A DNA stretch of 64,000 nucleotides from contig CBDCTZ010000012.1 in the NCBI GenBank assembly GCA_965222375.1, positions 32,001 through 96,000 of the forward strand, read 5' to 3'. The notes below the pieces were generated by a model, which worked only from the letters and a program-made list of their open reading frames with translations, was not told where the DNA came from and ran no database searches. This document shows, piece after piece, positions 1-8,837 of this stretch (position 1 is its first letter; each line of letters begins with the position of its first letter). Source of the stretch: Polyangiaceae bacterium. GTDB lineage: Bacteria > Myxococcota_A > Polyangia > Polyangiales > Polyangiaceae. The position numbers and the translations under genes were made by a program.

Positions 1-810
1 AAGCAGCACGTGCAGCACGATGGCTCCGATTGCCGAAGTGGCGAATTGTCCCGCAGCGAACCCAGCTTCACGCAGCCGGGGCGCATAGCCGCCCAGATCC
101 TTCGCGTCCGGGACTTGCTTCCAGAGCGGCTGTGCCGTGCGACGGAAGCTCGAGAGCAGGTTCGGTCGGTTCTGCTCCACGGCTTCCAGGACCGAATCCA
201 CGAGACTCTTGGCTTCAACGACGTGGCTTTGCAGACGCAGCACGGCGGACTTGCGCTCACGCAGTTGTCGCCTGGTCTTCTTTGCCTCCGTGAGCGCGTC
301 CGCCAGGTCTTTCAAGACCACCGCGTCCGCTGCTTCATCCGTAAGCGCCTTTTGACGCGCACTCAGGCTCTCGATGATGCCGGTGGCACGTTCATCGGCG
401 GTTTTCAGCTGTTTGGCCTCGGCGTCTACCTGTGACTTCCAAGGTGCGAGCCTGGCCTGCTCTCGCAGCCAGCTGTGCTCCAAGTCATCCAGTTCCGCCT
501 GGGATGACGCTGAGCGACAGCGTTTGATCGCTTCGGATGCACGGTCGTCGAGGGTCGCGACGACGGCACGCAAGCGGCGAGCCGTAGTGAGCAGCTCGGG
601 TGACAGCTGAGTGCGTTTCTCCAAGCGCCTGAGTTCAGCCAAGCCTTCGGCAGCGTTTTCCGCCTGGTCCGCTTCGTCGGTTTCCTCTTCTGCGGGGGCC
701 TCGGCTGCAGACGCCGAAGGCGCCGCGGGCGTTGGATCAGATTGAGCTGCGGCGGGGGCGGCAGCGAGCAAGACGCCAAGAGTGACGACAACCCTCGGGA
801 AAGCGAGCAT
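1..810 (-). CDS. Partial exported/membrane protein with signal peptide and long coiled-coil region (possibly N-terminus of an MscS/MscK-like channel); runs off the window start
   Basis: Open minus frame from ATG 810 to base 1, absent from the ORF track because it has no stop: MLAFPRVVVTLGVLLAAAPAAAQSD..., helical E/A/L/R-rich middle, hydrophobic stretch at the edge. Product is a guess. Confidence 0.6.
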   Translation of the reverse strand, partial: MLAFPRVVVTLGVLLAAAPAAAQSDPTPAAPSASAAEAPAEEETDEADQAENAAEGLAELRRLEKRTQLSPELLTTARRLRAVVATLDDRASEAIKRCRSASSQAELDDLEHSWLREQARLAPWKSQVDAEAKQLKTADERATGIIESLSARQKALTDEAADAVVLKDLADALTEAKKTRRQLRERKSAVLRLQSHVVEAKSLVDSVLEAVEQNRPNLLSSFRRTAQPLWKQVPDAKDLGGYAPRLREAGFAAGQFATSAIGAIVLHVLL

Positions 811-983
811 GCCCGGGACATTACTGAGAAACCCACCTCCGTCAAAGGCGGGCATTGTGCGGCTGGGCGAGATTAGGGCACCGTCACCGCCACAGCGTCG
901 CGACCCAACCCAAAACCTGATCCATCGCAGTGCCGCGCTTGACGCTAGCCGCACACTTGCCATGGTCGACTTGGACTCCCGAC

Positions 984-1931
984 ATGACAGCGTTCTCTTT
1001 TTCTGAGTGGCGAACTCGAGCCTCGCGACATCTAGAGTCGAAGGATCTGTGGCGGGTGATGGGAGACTTCGCTGCCTCAAGCGTTTCGTTGGCGGCAGAC
1101 CGCGACACCGAAAGTGGTCGCCAGGAAGGGCTGGACGCGCGGGATCCGGACTTCATGGATGTGATTTTCGACCTGTCTCGCTTCGTCGGGGAGCGTTACT
1201 TCCGCTACACGGTCGAGGGGATCGAGCACGTCCCGGAGTCTGGGCCCGCGCTACTGGTGGGGAACCACAACGGCGGATTGCAGACCTTCGACAGCCTTTT
1301 GACGATGGTCGCAATCCGCGATCGCCAGGGCGTCGAGCGCGCGGTGCATCCTTTGGCCCACGACATCCTGTTTCAGAAGCCGCGCTTGCGTGAGATCGCC
1401 CTGAAGTTCGGCGCCCTGCGTGCGGGGCACGAGGGCAGTCTGGAGGCGCTTCGGCGCGGACGAATCGTGCTCGTGTACCCGGGGTCGGACCTGGACTCCA
1501 CACGGGCGTTCAAGGATCGTCATCGGATCGAACTCGGCGGTCGCCTTGGCTTTCTGCAGCTCGCGCTGCGTGCCCAGGTGCCCATCGTGCCGGTCGTGAG
1601 TGTTGGCACACACGAGCAGTTCATCGTGCTGACCCGGGGCGAATCGATCGCCAAGAGGCTGGGTCTCAAGCGCATGTTTCGTGCCGAGGTCTTCCCGATT
1701 GTTCTTTCCCTGCCTTGGGGCATCACCTCCGGCTTCCTGCCGTACTTGCCTCTACCTGCTCAGACTTCGATTCGCTTCGGCGCAGCCTTGGATTTCTCCG
1801 AACTCGGACCACAGGCGGCAGAGCAACCCGAGACGCTTCGCGCTCGCTACGAGGAAGTGCGTCGTCAGATGCAGCAGGAACTGGACGCGCTTTCTCGCGG
1901 GCGAGTGCCGTTTGTCGGTCGCTGCCATTGA
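984..1931 (+). CDS. Lysophospholipid/glycerol acyltransferase (PlsC family)
   Basis: LLVGNHNGG..FD (HxxxxD-like), VLVYPG, AQVPIVPV motifs; start could be 930 or 984. Confidence 0.85.
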   Translation: MTAFSFSEWRTRASRHLESKDLWRVMGDFAASSVSLAADRDTESGRQEGLDARDPDFMDVIFDLSRFVGERYFRYTVEGIEHVPESGPALLVGNHNGGLQTFDSLLTMVAIRDRQGVERAVHPLAHDILFQKPRLREIALKFGALRAGHEGSLEALRRGRIVLVYPGSDLDSTRAFKDRHRIELGGRLGFLQLALRAQVPIVPVVSVGTHEQFIVLTRGESIAKRLGLKRMFRAEVFPIVLSLPWGITSGFLPYLPLPAQTSIRFGAALDFSELGPQAAEQPETLRARYEEVRRQMQQELDALSRGRVPFVGRCH

Positions 1932-2193
1932 CCGATAGTCCCAAGCCACGCGTCTGGCGCATCGCGGCTACATGGTGCGCTGTGGCGTCGCCAGCTCGTG
2001 GCAACCGCGGCGGGCGTCAGAACCGACGATCAGTGTTTCCGCACTGCGTCATTTCGCCGTTTACCGACAGCTTTTCGGAACAAAGCCACGACTCGGCCTC
2101 CGAGATGACAAATGTCCTGCGGCAGCCTGAATTGTACTTGCCCCTATCCGGCCGCGAAGGAAGCGTCACGGTTCGGCGAATCGTCAAGCGGGA

Positions 2194-2391
2194 GTGAGAA
2201 TGGACTATCACAAGGTCATGCAGCTGGGATTGATGCCTCTGTCGCGCACGAAGCCCAACGAGCGCGGCAAGTCGCGGCGCACTCCCGATGACCCTGCCAG
2301 TGACACCGCAGCCGCATCCTCGCCGGTGGCGACGCAGGTGGAGCAAGACCCCACGGTCCTCGACAAGCCCCTCGAAAACGTCGCGCGTTGA
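2194..2391 (+). CDS. Small hypothetical protein
   Basis: 65-aa ORF with GGGAG upstream of ATG 2200, filling an otherwise empty gap; no recognisable domain. Confidence 0.45.
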   Translation: MRMDYHKVMQLGLMPLSRTKPNERGKSRRTPDDPASDTAAASSPVATQVEQDPTVLDKPLENVAR

Positions 2392-2399
2392 GCTCACGC

Positions 2400-2810
2400 C
2401 TACTCGGCGCAGTGGAAGCCAATCTCGTCATTGGCTGTCGTGCTGAGGGCCGCGCTGCGAGCTGAGCAACGGGACTTCTTCACGTTGCTGTTCCAGCTGC
2501 CGCCGCGGTGCACTCGCACTCCGCCGGCGCTCGGACCTTTGGGATCTTTGGGCGGGCTCGTCGCGTGGTAGCCCGCATCGCAGAAGTCTGCGGTCCATTC
2601 AGCTCCGTTCCCAGACATATCTAGAGCGCCCAGGGGGCTGGCGCCGGTCGTTTTGGTTCCCACCGCCACGGTGTCGAAGGAGCAGAGGTTTGCGCTGGCG
2701 AAGCCACAGTTTGCTTGGAAGAGCTTGCCCGTGTCGCTCCAGCAGGCCTTCTCCCCCTCCGCCTCTGACGGCTTCGGACGCGGGCATGGGCTCGCGTTTC
2801 CGTTCAGCAT
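2400..2810 (-). pseudogene. Truncated, degenerate formylglycine-generating-enzyme (FGE-sulfatase/SUMF1) domain remnant
   Basis: C-terminal motifs only and eroded: PSEAEGEKAC (cf. PTEAEWEKAA), DMSGNGAEW (cf. DMxGNVxEW), RGGSW, IGFHC (cf. GFRC); N-terminal half missing. Confidence 0.7.
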
Positions 2811-2848
2811 ACCGTCGCGTTGCTGCGAGCACCATCGCGCAAGGTGGG

Positions 2849-4168
2849 TTAGCGGCGGCGCATCACTCCGGTCACGATTTGGTAGGCGACGCTCAAAGCC
2901 ACGTCCTTGCCAAGGGTCGGGTTTTTGGGGATCTCCTTGGCGACTCCGAGGTGGGTATCTGGAGGTTCCTGTGCGTCAATGTCGGACGTAGTCTTGGGGC
3001 CGCCCGTTATGGGGCGACTGGAGCCTTCGGCCGGAAGGTGATTCTCCAGATCCGATTCGCGGAGGACCCCAAAACTCTTGTCGGGCATGACTCCGGCCTG
3101 GACCTGTACATCGGGTTCGATGCCTTGCGCCTGAATCGCGCGGCCCTTCGGCGTGTAGTAGCGCATGCTCGTGAGGCGCAGCCCCGCACCGCCCGGCAGG
3201 TCCGCAATGGTCTGAACAGAGCCTTTGCCAAAGGTGCGCGCGCCAACGACTGTCGCCCGGTTCTGGTCTTGGACTGCTCCGGCCACCAGCTCAGCGGCGC
3301 TGGCGCTGTATTCGTTGACCAGCACGACCAGTGGCCCTCGCCGCAGAGAGCCGCTGCGGGTGGCTTTGACCTCATCGATCACTTTCTTCCGATGTCGAGT
3401 CGTAAAAACCACGCCGCCCTCGAGCATTTCGTCCGCGACCGCCGTTGCCTCGGAAACGAGCCCTCCCGGGTTGTTGCGCATATCCAAGAGCACGCCCGCT
3501 AGGGGGCCGCCGTTTTCGTTGCGAAGCCGTGCGATGGCTTCGAGGAGCTCGGTATGGGTGCCGGTCTGAAACTGCTTGATGCGGATGTAGCCGATTTCGC
3601 TGTCCATCAACTCCTCGGCCACGCTGGAGACTTCGATGATCTCCCGCGTCAGCTTGAAGTGGATCATCTCGGGCTTGTCTTTGCGTCGAATTCCGACAAT
3701 GACCTTGGTTCCCGGCGCGCCGCGCATCCATCTCACCAGCTCTTCGGGCGACTTGCCCCGTACGCTCTGGTTGTCGATGGCGATGATGCGGTCACCGGAT
3801 TCGACACCCGCTTTCTCAGCCGGGGACCCCTCGATGGGAGCGATAACCGTGATGCCGCCATCACTGAAATCGACCTCTACCCCGATCCCCCCAAAGCGCC
3901 CCTCGGTGTCTGCCTGAAAGACCGCGTAGTCTTCTGGGGGCATGTAGGCCGAGTGCGGATCCAGCTCCGCCACCATTCCCTTGATCGCGCCTTCTGCTAG
4001 GCGTCGTCGCTCGACGGGATCGACGTATTCGTGCTCCACCATCACGAGCACCCGTGCCATTTGCGCAAGCACGTCGTAGGGACTTTCGGCACCTGGAGCA
4101 GCGACAGCATGGGTGGCCGAAAGGGTGAGGACGAGTAGCACTGCGGTTTGCGCGGAGCGTGCGAACAT
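2849..4168 (-). CDS. Carboxyl-terminal processing protease, S41 family, with PDZ domain
   Basis: LDPHS, FGGIGVEV, LDMRNNPGG, SASAAE, TFGKGSVQ; signal peptide follows ATG 4168. Confidence 0.93.
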   Translation of the reverse strand: MFARSAQTAVLLVLTLSATHAVAAPGAESPYDVLAQMARVLVMVEHEYVDPVERRRLAEGAIKGMVAELDPHSAYMPPEDYAVFQADTEGRFGGIGVEVDFSDGGITVIAPIEGSPAEKAGVESGDRIIAIDNQSVRGKSPEELVRWMRGAPGTKVIVGIRRKDKPEMIHFKLTREIIEVSSVAEELMDSEIGYIRIKQFQTGTHTELLEAIARLRNENGGPLAGVLLDMRNNPGGLVSEATAVADEMLEGGVVFTTRHRKKVIDEVKATRSGSLRRGPLVVLVNEYSASAAELVAGAVQDQNRATVVGARTFGKGSVQTIADLPGGAGLRLTSMRYYTPKGRAIQAQGIEPDVQVQAGVMPDKSFGVLRESDLENHLPAEGSSRPITGGPKTTSDIDAQEPPDTHLGVAKEIPKNPTLGKDVALSVAYQIVTGVMRRR

Positions 4169-4368
4169 CTGCCCCAGATTAGTCGGCCACGCAGCGCATT
4201 TCGAGGGGCCTTCGAACGCCTCGTCGGATGCGCGCATCCCGCGACCCTGGCGCCTCATGGGGCTCTTGCCGGCGTAATGGGAAAAATCCTTTGATTATGG
4301 GAGCCTGTAGGTGATACTCGGAGCATGACTTGGGTCTGTATACAGGGCCCTACATGGTGGAGCGCTAC

Positions 4369-4587
4369 GTGGCGGACGATTCGAACAAGGGTGGCAGCGA
4401 CAAGCGCAAACAAAGTCTCTATTTTCCCGAGGCAATGCTTCAGGAAATAAAGGACGAAGCAGCACGTCTGGACCGAAGTTTGTCCTGGGTCGTGCAGCGC
4501 GCTTGGAAGCTCGCACGACTCGAAATCAAAAAGATTCCCAGCGTCAACGACATCGGTGACGACGACGACTCCGACTCCGCGAGCTGA
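4369..4587 (+). CDS. TIGR04563 (MXAN_4361/4362-like) small ribbon-helix-helix-like protein
   Basis: DKRKQSLYFPEAMLQEIKDEAARLDRSLSWVVQRAWKLAR; GGAG upstream of GTG 4369. Confidence 0.85.
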   Translation: MADDSNKGGSDKRKQSLYFPEAMLQEIKDEAARLDRSLSWVVQRAWKLARLEIKKIPSVNDIGDDDDSDSAS

Positions 4588-5461
4588 GCCACGCAAGGTG
4601 GAGCGGTTCACGGTCGGGCGTGACGGTACCAAGCTATACTTGCGCGCGCGTGCGGGGCCGTCCCCGGTCACAGCGGTCCTTTGCGACGGGATTTGCTGCG
4701 ACGGATTCGTCTACAAATATCTATGGGATGGTCTCCAGCGGCTGCTCTCAGTAGCCCACTGGAACTACCGAGGGCATGGGCGCAGCGGCGCCCCAGCAGA
4801 CCCGGATTTCATTGATGTCGCCGCCCACGCCTCGGATCTGGACGCCGTGCGTCGTGCCCTCGATGACCCCCCGGTCGTATTGGTGGGACACTCCTTTGGC
4901 ACCCAGGTGGCGTTGGAGGCCTATCGACTGCGACCCGAGAAGATTGTCGCCATGGTGTTCCTGTGCGGTAGCTTCGGTCGGGTGACCCACACCTTCAAGG
5001 GAACCGACGTGCTCGCGCAAATCTTGCCGCGGTTGAGAGAACTCTCGGGCGCGCACCCGAAGATCGCGCGTGCTCTATGGTCCCGAGTGCCACCAAAGAT
5101 GGCGGTGCGTATCGGCATGCTCACTGGGGATTTGGATGCGCGTACGGTTCGGCCCGAGGACGTCGAGCCCTACTTCCGCCATGTCGCCCACATCGACTTT
5201 CCGATGTTCGTGCGCATGCTGGAGTATGCCGGGGAACACTCCGCGGAAGATCTTCTGCCGAAGATCGACGTTCCGGTGCTGGTCGTCGCTGGGGATAGAG
5301 ACTCCTTCACCCCGCCGGAGCTGAGCGCGCAAATGGCCGACGCACTGCCTCGCGGCGAGCTGGTCATGCTGGCCGGGGGCACTCATGTCGCGCCCTTGGA
5401 GCAGGATGAGCTAGTGGGATTGCGGATCGAGAAATTCTTGACCGAACATCGGCTGCCATGA
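4556..5461 (+). CDS. Alpha/beta hydrolase
   Basis: YRGHGRS, GHSFG nucleophile elbow, GDRD, GTH; start may be GTG 4598. Confidence 0.9.
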   Translation: MTTTTPTPRAEPRKVERFTVGRDGTKLYLRARAGPSPVTAVLCDGICCDGFVYKYLWDGLQRLLSVAHWNYRGHGRSGAPADPDFIDVAAHASDLDAVRRALDDPPVVLVGHSFGTQVALEAYRLRPEKIVAMVFLCGSFGRVTHTFKGTDVLAQILPRLRELSGAHPKIARALWSRVPPKMAVRIGMLTGDLDARTVRPEDVEPYFRHVAHIDFPMFVRMLEYAGEHSAEDLLPKIDVPVLVVAGDRDSFTPPELSAQMADALPRGELVMLAGGTHVAPLEQDELVGLRIEKFLTEHRLP

Positions 5462-6450
5462 ATCGCGGATTGGCTCTGTGCGCGCTGCTCGTCCTGGGTT
5501 GCGACTCCAAAGCGCCGCAGCCAGCAGCGGCAAATAGCGCCCCAGCGCCGAATTCGGCGAAGGGCGTGGCAGCTCCTCCGCCCTCGGCCTCCTCGGTAGC
5601 AGCGGCGCCCAAGGCACCGAAGAAGGCGCAGCGGGCGCCCAGAGAGAAGGTTCGCCACGGGACGCTGATTGACGTGGCGAAAGCGTCGACCACCTATCAG
5701 GGGCGACTGCGCGAAGGTGGCAGCGTTGCCATCGTCTTCGCGACCAAGGCCGCCCCCCTTGCTCCTCGCGCGCCGGGGGCACATGCAGGGCTGTCAGCGG
5801 AGATCTCACCTGCGTCGGTGGCGCCGACGGCCATTCGTCGCCTGCCGCTGAGGGCTGTGCTGGTTGCAGCCGCGGACAACAAGACGCGTCGACAGCTGGC
5901 CAAGGAGCTTCGCGTATTGGCGGATGGACACGTGGAAGCGGCGGTGGTTCTTCTGCCTCAACGCCGTATGGTCACGCTGGAAGTGGGTCGCATGCTGGAG
6001 GGGACCCGCGGACACAAGTGGGAGACCGAGCTCATGAGTCGTACGCCGCCGACGGAGCCACTGGCTCTGCTCGCCGCGTACCAGAGCATCTTGGCAGTGG
6101 ATGCGCTGTGCATGAATCTCCGCCGGTCCAAGGTCGTGATTGACGAGAAGAGCTCTTCGGTGCTTGCCCTCGACGACAATGACGCCTTTTCCGCTTCTGG
6201 ACGCGACGGGGCAATCGGAGACCCGCTGCCCCGTCTCAGTCGTCACCTGGTGTTTTCGAAGGCTCTCGAGCAGCGCCTTCGCAAGCTGGACCGCACGCGG
6301 ATCGAAGCCGCGTTGCGCTCCCCGGAGGTCGGCCTGCTCGTAACACCGAAGCAGGTTGACGAAGTCGAGCAGCGCCGACTGGCGCTGCTCAGGCTGCTAG
6401 ACCGACGGATCAAGCGGCGCGGCCGAGACAAAACCCTGGCATTGCCCTGA
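5458..6450 (+). CDS. Lipoprotein with Fam20C/Four-jointed kinase-like C-terminal domain, degenerate
   Basis: Lipobox VLGC, Pro/Ala linker, DALCMNLRR...VLALDDNDAF...FSKALEQRLRKL...RRLALL; fold assigned from remembered similarity. Confidence 0.55.
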   Translation: MNRGLALCALLVLGCDSKAPQPAAANSAPAPNSAKGVAAPPPSASSVAAAPKAPKKAQRAPREKVRHGTLIDVAKASTTYQGRLREGGSVAIVFATKAAPLAPRAPGAHAGLSAEISPASVAPTAIRRLPLRAVLVAAADNKTRRQLAKELRVLADGHVEAAVVLLPQRRMVTLEVGRMLEGTRGHKWETELMSRTPPTEPLALLAAYQSILAVDALCMNLRRSKVVIDEKSSSVLALDDNDAFSASGRDGAIGDPLPRLSRHLVFSKALEQRLRKLDRTRIEAALRSPEVGLLVTPKQVDEVEQRRLALLRLLDRRIKRRGRDKTLALP

Positions 6451-6474
6451 TCTCGCCGCACGCGGTATAGATCG

Positions 6475-7191
6475 TTGGTGTCAGATCCGCTGCCCAAGTC
6501 GCCGCTGGTTGGGTCACTCTTGGGGCTCGCCGCCCATGACCTCCGCAACCCACTGTCTGCCTTGCGCAGCAACCTGGGCTATCTGGAGAGCGCGCTGCGG
6601 CCAGACGACGAGGACACCCAGGAGGCGCTGAGCGACGCTCTGGTCTCCTGTGACAGCTTGCTGCGCATCATCGACAACCTGGATTTGCTGGGCCGCACCT
6701 TGCGCGGCGACACGGTTGCCCTCGCAAGCATGCCGGCTCACGGCATCATCCAAGACGTCATCGTTCAGAACACCGCCCTGGCCAAAAGCCATGAAACCAG
6801 TATCAACTTCGACGCTGGCAGTGTGCCCGAGTCCACCTGGGTCGAATCCGAGCGTCAGGCCTTGGCTGCGGCCCTGTCCAATCTGATCCGAAACGGTATT
6901 CAGCACGGTGGGCGCGGTCCGGTGCGCGTGAGCATCAGCCTGGAAGGCGACGACTTCATCATCGCCGTCCGGGACCCCGGGGAGGCCATTCCGGACGAGG
7001 CGTGGGAAACTGCGACCAGCGCGGTGGGCCAGTTGGCTGCGAAGAAGCAGAGCGCAGCACGCTACGGCTATGGCTTTGGCCTGTACGCGGCCCTAGCGGC
7101 CGCGACCGCTGCAGGTGCGACTTTGGGGCACGGCGCGGAGCCCGGCGGCGGTAGCTTGATGTTCCTGAAGCTCAAGTGCAGCAAGGAATAG
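6475..7191 (+). CDS. Sensor-less histidine kinase (HisKA + HATPase_c)
   Basis: AAHDLRNPL H-box, LSNLIRNGIQH N-box, VRDPG, GYGFGL; F-box degenerate. Confidence 0.8.
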   Translation: MVSDPLPKSPLVGSLLGLAAHDLRNPLSALRSNLGYLESALRPDDEDTQEALSDALVSCDSLLRIIDNLDLLGRTLRGDTVALASMPAHGIIQDVIVQNTALAKSHETSINFDAGSVPESTWVESERQALAAALSNLIRNGIQHGGRGPVRVSISLEGDDFIIAVRDPGEAIPDEAWETATSAVGQLAAKKQSAARYGYGFGLYAALAAATAAGATLGHGAEPGGGSLMFLKLKCSKE

Positions 7192-7200
7192 GCAGGCCGC

Positions 7201-8397
7201 TCAGGGCTGAACGATGCTCACAGCGTCCGGATCGCGATGCAGGAGCTTGCCGGTCTCCCCGAGGCACCCCCAACAGGTACTGAAATGCAGTCGCGGCCGG
7301 ATGTATCCGCTGTACGCAAACGCGACGGGGCCCGGTTCCCGGTTCATGATGTAGCTTGCCGATAGTGCGTAGCGGTTCTTGCCGAGCACGTGGAAGGCAA
7401 CAACGAAGCTCACGTCTTTGCCTGAGCGGGCTGCGACGAGTAAGAATTCGGAGCCTGCCACCGGGTTCCAGATCAGGGGCTTCACCGTGAACAAGAAGCC
7501 TTTCTTGTCCCCTGGGCCGCGGGCGATCACGGTGTTGGCAGCGTCCGGATCGCGAAAGAATTTGATGTCTTTGGCGAGGCGTTTGGTCTTTGGGTGTGCC
7601 GCCAGGATGGCCTCTAACTCTTTGGCCGTTATCCGGACCTTTCGAAAGGTCGGCCCCAGGCGCGGTTCTTTGACGACGGCAGCGTTTGGAGCTCCAGCGC
7701 AGCAACGGAACGTGAGGTCGTCACTCTTGGTCTTTGGATCGATTCCCCGACGTGCGGCGCAGCGGTGCTGGGTTGGAGGCTCTTGTCGACTCCCGCCACG
7801 GACCGAGGCGCGGCGGGGGCCGTCTTCTGGAACGACGTCACTGTTCGTCCACTCCCGCAGCGCGGCTCCCATGCCCAGGGCTTCGAACCCTGTCGCGCAG
7901 GTTCGCGGCTCATCGGCGCAGCGGGGGTCCCAGGCGGCGCCGGTCGGGTAGCGCTCTTCGCCTGGCCCTCGACAGGCGCGCTCCCACTCCAGCTCCGTGC
8001 AGAGTCGGGCCCCCCGCAGGGCACACTTCTTCTGAGCTTCCTCGCGCGAAACCGCGACTAGCGGTGGCTTTGCCGGATCGTTGGGGTAGGGCAGGCGATC
8101 GATCTTGAACGCGCCCAGCTCCATGGGAGCCGCTAGGGGCTCGAGTTGAGGAAGGCGCCCCGCTTCGCCCGGCACGCTTCCGGCGACGAACTCACCCGCG
8201 GGGACGTCCACGCGCTCCCCGGAAAGCGGCGCATGCTTTGGCGCCCGGGCCGAACCCGTTGGCTCCGCTGATGTCGCCGGCGCGCTCGGGTTGGACGTGG
8301 CGCTTGCGGTTGGCGCCGGATCCGAGGCTTCCTGCTTGCAGCCAGCCGCGCATGTGAGAAGCGCGACCCGCGCGAACGACGACACTGAGATACGCAC
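7201..8397 (-). CDS. Lipoprotein with FGE-sulfatase (SUMF1) domain and C-terminal extension
   Basis: Lipobox AAGC, VPAGEFVAG, RLCTELEWERAC, EWT, VRGGS, TFRCC. Confidence 0.8.
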   Translation of the reverse strand: MRISVSSFARVALLTCAAGCKQEASDPAPTASATSNPSAPATSAEPTGSARAPKHAPLSGERVDVPAGEFVAGSVPGEAGRLPQLEPLAAPMELGAFKIDRLPYPNDPAKPPLVAVSREEAQKKCALRGARLCTELEWERACRGPGEERYPTGAAWDPRCADEPRTCATGFEALGMGAALREWTNSDVVPEDGPRRASVRGGSRQEPPTQHRCAARRGIDPKTKSDDLTFRCCAGAPNAAVVKEPRLGPTFRKVRITAKELEAILAAHPKTKRLAKDIKFFRDPDAANTVIARGPGDKKGFLFTVKPLIWNPVAGSEFLLVAARSGKDVSFVVAFHVLGKNRYALSASYIMNREPGPVAFAYSGYIRPRLHFSTCWGCLGETGKLLHRDPDAVSIVQP

Positions 8398-8511
8398 CGC
8401 GCGGTAGCCTACTTGTGACTGCGTGCATTCTGAAGTCCGTTGCCCACGCACCGTGTCCGAGCGGTCGAGGCTGCGACCGCAGCTGCGGGAAGGCAACGAC
8501 CTGACCGAGCT

Positions 8512-8530
8512 CAATGTTAACAATGTTAAC
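8512..8530. promoter_or_regulatory. AT-rich tandem repeat CAATGTTAA x2 between divergent genes; putative transcription-factor site
   Basis: CAATGTTAACAATGTTAAC read directly; contains two GTTAAC palindromes in a GC-rich background. Confidence 0.5.
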
Positions 8531-8576
8531 TTTGCAACAAACTGGCCCAAGACCCAGCGAGAGCTAGGATGAGCCT

Positions 8577-8837
8577 GTGCCCCACCCCTTGGCCACGCAG
8601 CTCGCGCCCATCATCGACTTGGAGGTCGGGCAACTGCAATCCATCGTGGCCCGTTGGGTCGTCAACGAGCCGGATGAACTGGAGCGAGCGCGCTATCGGA
8701 CCTTTGGCGCGCGGCTGCGGGGCTTGAAAGAGCGAATCGTCGCCCGACCCCAACCACCGAGCGATGAAGAAGTCGAGATCGCGATCACCGCGATGCTTGC
8801 GCTAGCAGGCAGACGCGAGCGCGACCGAAGGGCGTGA
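8577..8837 (+). CDS. Hypothetical helical protein
   Basis: 86-aa ORF whose stop overlaps the next start (GTGA). Confidence 0.7.
   Translation: MPHPLATQLAPIIDLEVGQLQSIVARWVVNEPDELERARYRTFGARLRGLKERIVARPQPPSDEEVEIAITAMLALAGRRERDRRA

Noticed and set aside
2400..8397. Diversity-generating retroelement suggested by two FGE-domain sequences (and a DUF1554-like gene elsewhere)
   Set aside because: No reverse transcriptase in the window, and no near-identical TR/VR pair differing at adenines was seen
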